Assembly (NCBI GenBank): GCA_040954595.2
Contig: CM082589.2
Coordinates: forward strand, 8,816,894-8,880,893
Length of the DNA: 64,000 nucleotides
Origin: Balanoglossus misakiensis
Taxonomy: Eukaryota; Animalia; Hemichordata
Reading direction: 5' to 3'
Below the pieces are notes generated by a model. That model ran no database searches. It saw nothing but the letters and a program-made list of their open reading frames with translations, and was not told the origin of the DNA. Positions 59,373 to 64,000 of this stretch are shown here, one piece after another. A program made the translations under genes and the position numbers. Each line of letters opens with the position of its first letter. Position 1 is the stretch's first letter.

Positions 59373-62300
59373 TTGTATTTTCCACTTTTTGTAAGTGAAG
59401 CCTGACTGTCTCCTGTCTTAGGTCACCACTTCATAAGCGGTCTTACCCGTCATTGGCACAAACAGTCTCAGGAAGTAAGCTTTCAGCCTACCAATGTAGC
59501 TATTGTATTTTCCACTTTTTGTAAGTGAAGCCTGACTGTCGCCTGTCTTAGGTCACCACTTCATAAGCGGTCTTACTTGTCATTGGCACAAACAGTCTCA
59601 GGAAGTAAGCTTTCAGCCTACCAATGTAGCTATTGTATTTTCCACTTTTTGTAAGTGAAGCCTGACTGTCGCCTGTCTTAGGTCACCACTTCATAAGCGG
59701 TCTTACCCGTCATTGGCACAAACAGTCTCAGGAAGTAAGCTTTCAGCCTACCAATGTAGCTATTGAATTTTCCACTTTTTGTAAGTGAAGCCTGACTGTC
59801 GCCTGTCTTAGGTCACCACTTCATAAGCGGTCTTACCCGTCATTGGCACAAACAGTCTCAGGAAGTAAGCTTTCAGCCTACCAATGTAGCTATTGTATTT
59901 TCCACTTTTTGTAAGTGAAGCCTGACTGTCGCCTGTCTTAGGTCACCACTTCATAAGCGGTCTTACCCGTCATTGGCACAAACAGTCTCAGGAAGTAAGC
60001 TTTCAGCCTACCAATGTAGCTATTGTATTTTCCACTTTTTGTAAGTGAAGCCTGACTGTCGCCTGTCTTAGGTCACCACTTCATAAGCGGTCTTACCCGT
60101 CATTGGCACAAACAGTCTCAGGAAGTAAGCTTTCAGCCTACCAATGTAGCTATTATATTTTCCAGTTTTTGTAAGTGAAGCCTGACTGTCGCCTGTCTAA
60201 GGTCACCACTTCATAAGTGGTCTTACCCGTTATTGGCACAAACAGTCTCAGGAAGTAAGCTTTCAGCCTACCAATGTTGCTATTGTATTTTCCAGTTTTT
60301 GTAAGTGAAGCCTGACTGTCGCCTGTCTAAGGTCACCACTTCATAAGTGGTCTTACCCGTTATTGGCACAAACAGTCTCAGGAAGTAAGCTTTCAGCCTA
60401 CCAATGTAGCTATTGTATTTTCCACTTTTTGTAAGTGAAGCCTGACTGTCGCCTGTCTTAGGTCACCACTTCATAAGCGGTCTTACCTGTCATTGGCACA
60501 AACAGTCTCAGGAAGTAAGCTTTCAGCCTACCAATGTAGCTATTGTATTTTCCACTTTTTGTAAGTGAAGCCTGACTGTCGCCTGTCTTAGGTCACCACT
60601 TCATAAGCGGTCTTACCCGTCATTGGCACAAACAGTCTCAGGAAGTAAGCTTTCAGCCTACCAATGTAGCTATTGAATTTTCCACTTTTTGTAAGTGAAG
60701 CCTGACTGTCGCCTGTCTTAGGTCACCACTTCATAAGCGGTCTTACCCGTCATTGGCACAAACAGTCTCAGGAAGTAAGCTTTCAGCCTACCAATGTAGC
60801 TATTATATTTTCCACTTTTTGTAAGTGAAGCCTGACTGTCGCCTGTCTTAGGTCACCACTTCATAAGTGGTCTTACCCGTTATTGGCACAAACAGTCTCA
60901 GGAAGTAAGCTTTCAGCCTACCAATGTAGCTATTGTATTTTCCACTTTTTGTAAGTGAAGCCTGACTGTCGCCTGTCTTAGGTCACCACTTCATAAGCGG
61001 TCTTACCCGTCATTGGCACAAACAGTCTCAGGAAGTAAGCTTTCAGCCTACCAATGTAGCTATTGAATTTTCCACTTTATGTAAGTGAAGCCTGACTGTC
61101 GCCTGTCTTAGGTCACCACTTCATAAGCGGTCTTACCCGTCATTGGCACAAACAGTCTCAGGAAGTAAGCTTTCAGCCTACCAATGTAGCTATTATATTT
61201 TCCACTTTTTGTAAGTGAAGCCTGACTGTCGCCTGTCTTAGGTCACCACTTCATAAGCAGTCTTACCCGTCATTGGCACAAACAGTCTCAGGAAGTAAGC
61301 TTTCAGCCTACCAATGTAGCTATTGTATTTTCCACTTTTTGTAAGTGAAGCCTGACTGTCGCCTGTCTTAGGTCACCACTTCATAAGCGGTCTTACCCGT
61401 CATTGGCACAAACAGTCTCAGGAAGTAAGCTTTCAGCCTACCAATGTAGCTATTGTATTTTCCACTTTTTGTAAGTGAAGCCTGACTGTCGCCTGTCTTA
61501 GGTCACCACTTCATAAGCGGTCTTACCCGTCATTGGCACAAACAGTCTCAGGAAGTAAGCTTTCAGCCTACCAATGTAGCTATTGTATTTTCCAATTTTT
61601 GTATGTGAAGCCTGACTGTCGCCTGTCTTAGGTCACCACTTCATAAGCGGTCTTACCCGTCATTGGCACAAACAGTCTCAGGAAGTAAGCTTTCAGCCTA
61701 CCAATGTAGCTATTGTATTTTATAATTTTTGTATGTGAAGCCTGACTGTCGCCTGTCTTAGGTCACCACTTCATAAGCGGTCTTACCCGTCATTGGCACA
61801 AACAGTCTCAGGAAGTAAGCTTTCAGCCTACCAATGAAGCTATTGTATTTTCCACTTTTTGTAAGTGAAGCCTGACTGTCGCCTGTCTTAGGTCACCACT
61901 TCATAAGCGGTCTTACCTGTCATTGGCACAAACAGTCTCAGGAAGTAAGCTTTCAGCCTACCAATGTAGCTATTGTATTTTCCACTTTTTGTAAGTGAAG
62001 CCTGACTGTCGTCTGTCTTAGGTCACCACTTCATAAGCGGTCTTACCCGTCATTGGCACAAACAGTCTCAGGAAGTAAGCTTTCAGCCTACCAATGTAGC
62101 TATGGTATTTTCCACTTTTTGTAAGTGAAGCCTGACTGTCGCCTGTCTTAGGTCACCACTTCATAAGCGGTCTTACCCGTCATTGGCACAAACAGTCTCA
62201 GGACGTAAGCTTTCAGCCTACCAATGTAGCTATTGTATTTTCCACTTTTTATAAGTGAAGCCTGACTGTCGCCTGTCTTAGGTCACCACTTCATAAGCGG

Positions 62301-64000
62301 TCTTACCCGTCATTGGCACAAACAGTCACAGGAAGTAAGCTTTCAGCCTACCAATGTAGCTATTGTATTTTCCACTTTTTGTAAGTGAAGCCTGACTGTC
62401 GCCTGTCTTAGGTCACCACTTCATAAGCGGTCTTACCCGTCATTGGCACAAACAGTCTCAGGAAGTAAGCTTTCAGCCTACCGATGTAGCTATTTTATTT
62501 TCCACTTTTTGTAAGTGAAGCCTGACTGTCGCCTGTCTTAGGTCACCACTTCATAAGCGGTCTTACCCGTCATTGGCACAAACAGTCTCAGGAAGTAAGC
62601 TTTCAGCCTACCGATGTAGCTATTGTGTTTTCCACTTTTTGTAAGTGAAGCCTGACTGTCGCCTGTCTTAGGTCACCGCTTCATAAGCGGTCTTACCCGT
62701 CATTGGCATAAACAGTCTCAGGAAGTAAGCTTTCAGCCTACCAATGTAGCTATTATATTTTCCACTTTTTGTAAGTGAAGCCTGACTGTCGCCTGTCTTA
62801 GGTCACCACTTCATAAGCGGTCTTACCTGTCATTGGCACAAACAGTCTTAGGAAGTAAGCTTTCAGCCTACCAATGTAGCTATTGTATTTTCCACTTTTT
62901 GTAAGTGAAGCCTGACTGTCGCCTGTCTTAGGTCACCACTTCATAAGCGGTCTTACCCGTCATTGGCACAAACAGTCTCAGGAAGTAAGCTTTCAGCCTA
63001 CCAATGTAGCTATTGTATTTTCCAATTTTTGTAAGTGAAGCCTGACTGTCGCCTGTCTTAGGTCACCACTTCATAAGCGGTCTTACCCGTCATTGGCACA
63101 AACAGTCTCAGGAAGTAAGCTTTCAGCCTACCAATGTAGCTATTGTATTTTATAATTTTTGTATGTGAAGCCTGACTGTCGCCTGTCTTAGGTCACCACT
63201 TCATAAGCGGTCTTACCCGTCATTGGCACAAACAGTCTCAGGAAGTAAGCTTTCAGCCTACCAATGAAGCTATTGTATTTTCCACTTTTTGTAAGTGAAG
63301 CCTGACTGTCGCCTGTCTTAGGTCACCACTTCATAAGTGGTCTTACCTGTCATTGGCACAAACAGTCTCAGGAAGTAAGCTTTCAGCCTACCAATGTAGC
63401 TATTGTATTTTCCACTTTTTGTAAGTGAAGCCTGACTGTCGTCTGTCTTAGGTCACCACTTCATAAGCGGTCTTACCCGTCATTGGCACAAACAGTCTCA
63501 GGAAGTAAGCTTTCAGCCTACCAATGTAGCTATGGTATTTTCCACTTTTTGTAAGTGAAGCCTGACTGTCGCCTGTCTTAGGTCACCACTTCATAAGCGG
63601 TCTTACCCGTCATTGGCACAAACAGTCTCAGGACGTAAGCTTTCAGCCTACCAATGTAGCTATTGTATTTTCCACTTTTTATAAGTGAAGCCTGACTGTC
63701 GCCTGTCTTAGGTCACCACTTCATAAGCGGTCTTACCCGTCATTGGCACAAACAGTCACAGGAAGTAAGCTTTCAGCCTACCAATGTAGCTATTGTATTT
63801 TCCACTTTTTGTAAGTGAAGCCTGACTGTCGCCTGTCTTAGGTCACCACTTCATAAGCGGTCTTACCCGTCATTGGCACAAACAGTCTCAGGAAGTAAGC
63901 TTTCAGCCTACCGATGTAGCTATTTTATTTTCCACTTTTTGTAAGTGAAGCCTGACTGTCGCCTGTCTTAGGTCACCACTTCATAAGCGGTCTTACCCGT
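59373..64000. repeat. 130-bp satellite array, block 4 (~35 monomers; runs off the window edge)
   Basis: Same monomer and orientation. Confidence 0.99.

Noticed and set aside
24498-59385. Other short ORFs overlapping gag, pol, transposase, YqaJ, TIR, MITE and LINE ORFs
   Set aside because: Shadow frames without motifs; only 49276-49521 and 49785-50378 are real, as parts of YqaJ-gene exons
1-64000. CRISPR array
   Set aside because: The whole 130-bp unit repeats with no unique spacers, there are no cas genes, and the context is eukaryotic

Overview
Eukaryotic, probably invertebrate-animal DNA (inferred from the TE types). About 44.6 kb of the window is a highly homogeneous head-to-tail 130-bp satellite (~340 monomers, one HindIII site each) with higher-order repeats and multi-kb internal duplications. 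Three young, full-length transposons of unrelated classes interrupt it. (1) A Ty3/Gypsy LTR retrotransposon at 22875-30935: 642-bp LTRs with 2 visible differences, tRNA-Ser PBS, RRM+PNMA-type gag, -1 frameshifted pol, ATTG TSD. (2) An ISL2EU-type (PIF/Harbinger-related) DNA transposon at 44995-51187: ~550-bp TIRs, AT TSD, a THAP-DDE transposase and a convergent spliced SAP-SWIM-YqaJ gene, with a nested TA-flanked MITE. (3) A Tx1/L1-clade LINE at ~54192-59372 on the minus strand. Main observation: the three target-site duplications start within 1 bp of the same position in the monomer (gct^ATTG), which is also a very variable position among monomers. Other notable structure: the DNA transposon TIRs appear to hold a shared promoter and first exon for both genes, with a ZNF143/Staf-like site, and the Gypsy LTR duplicates the first 64 nt of its predicted transcript. 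No host genes, RNA genes or CRISPR arrays are supported. All calls were made by eye with no database searches.
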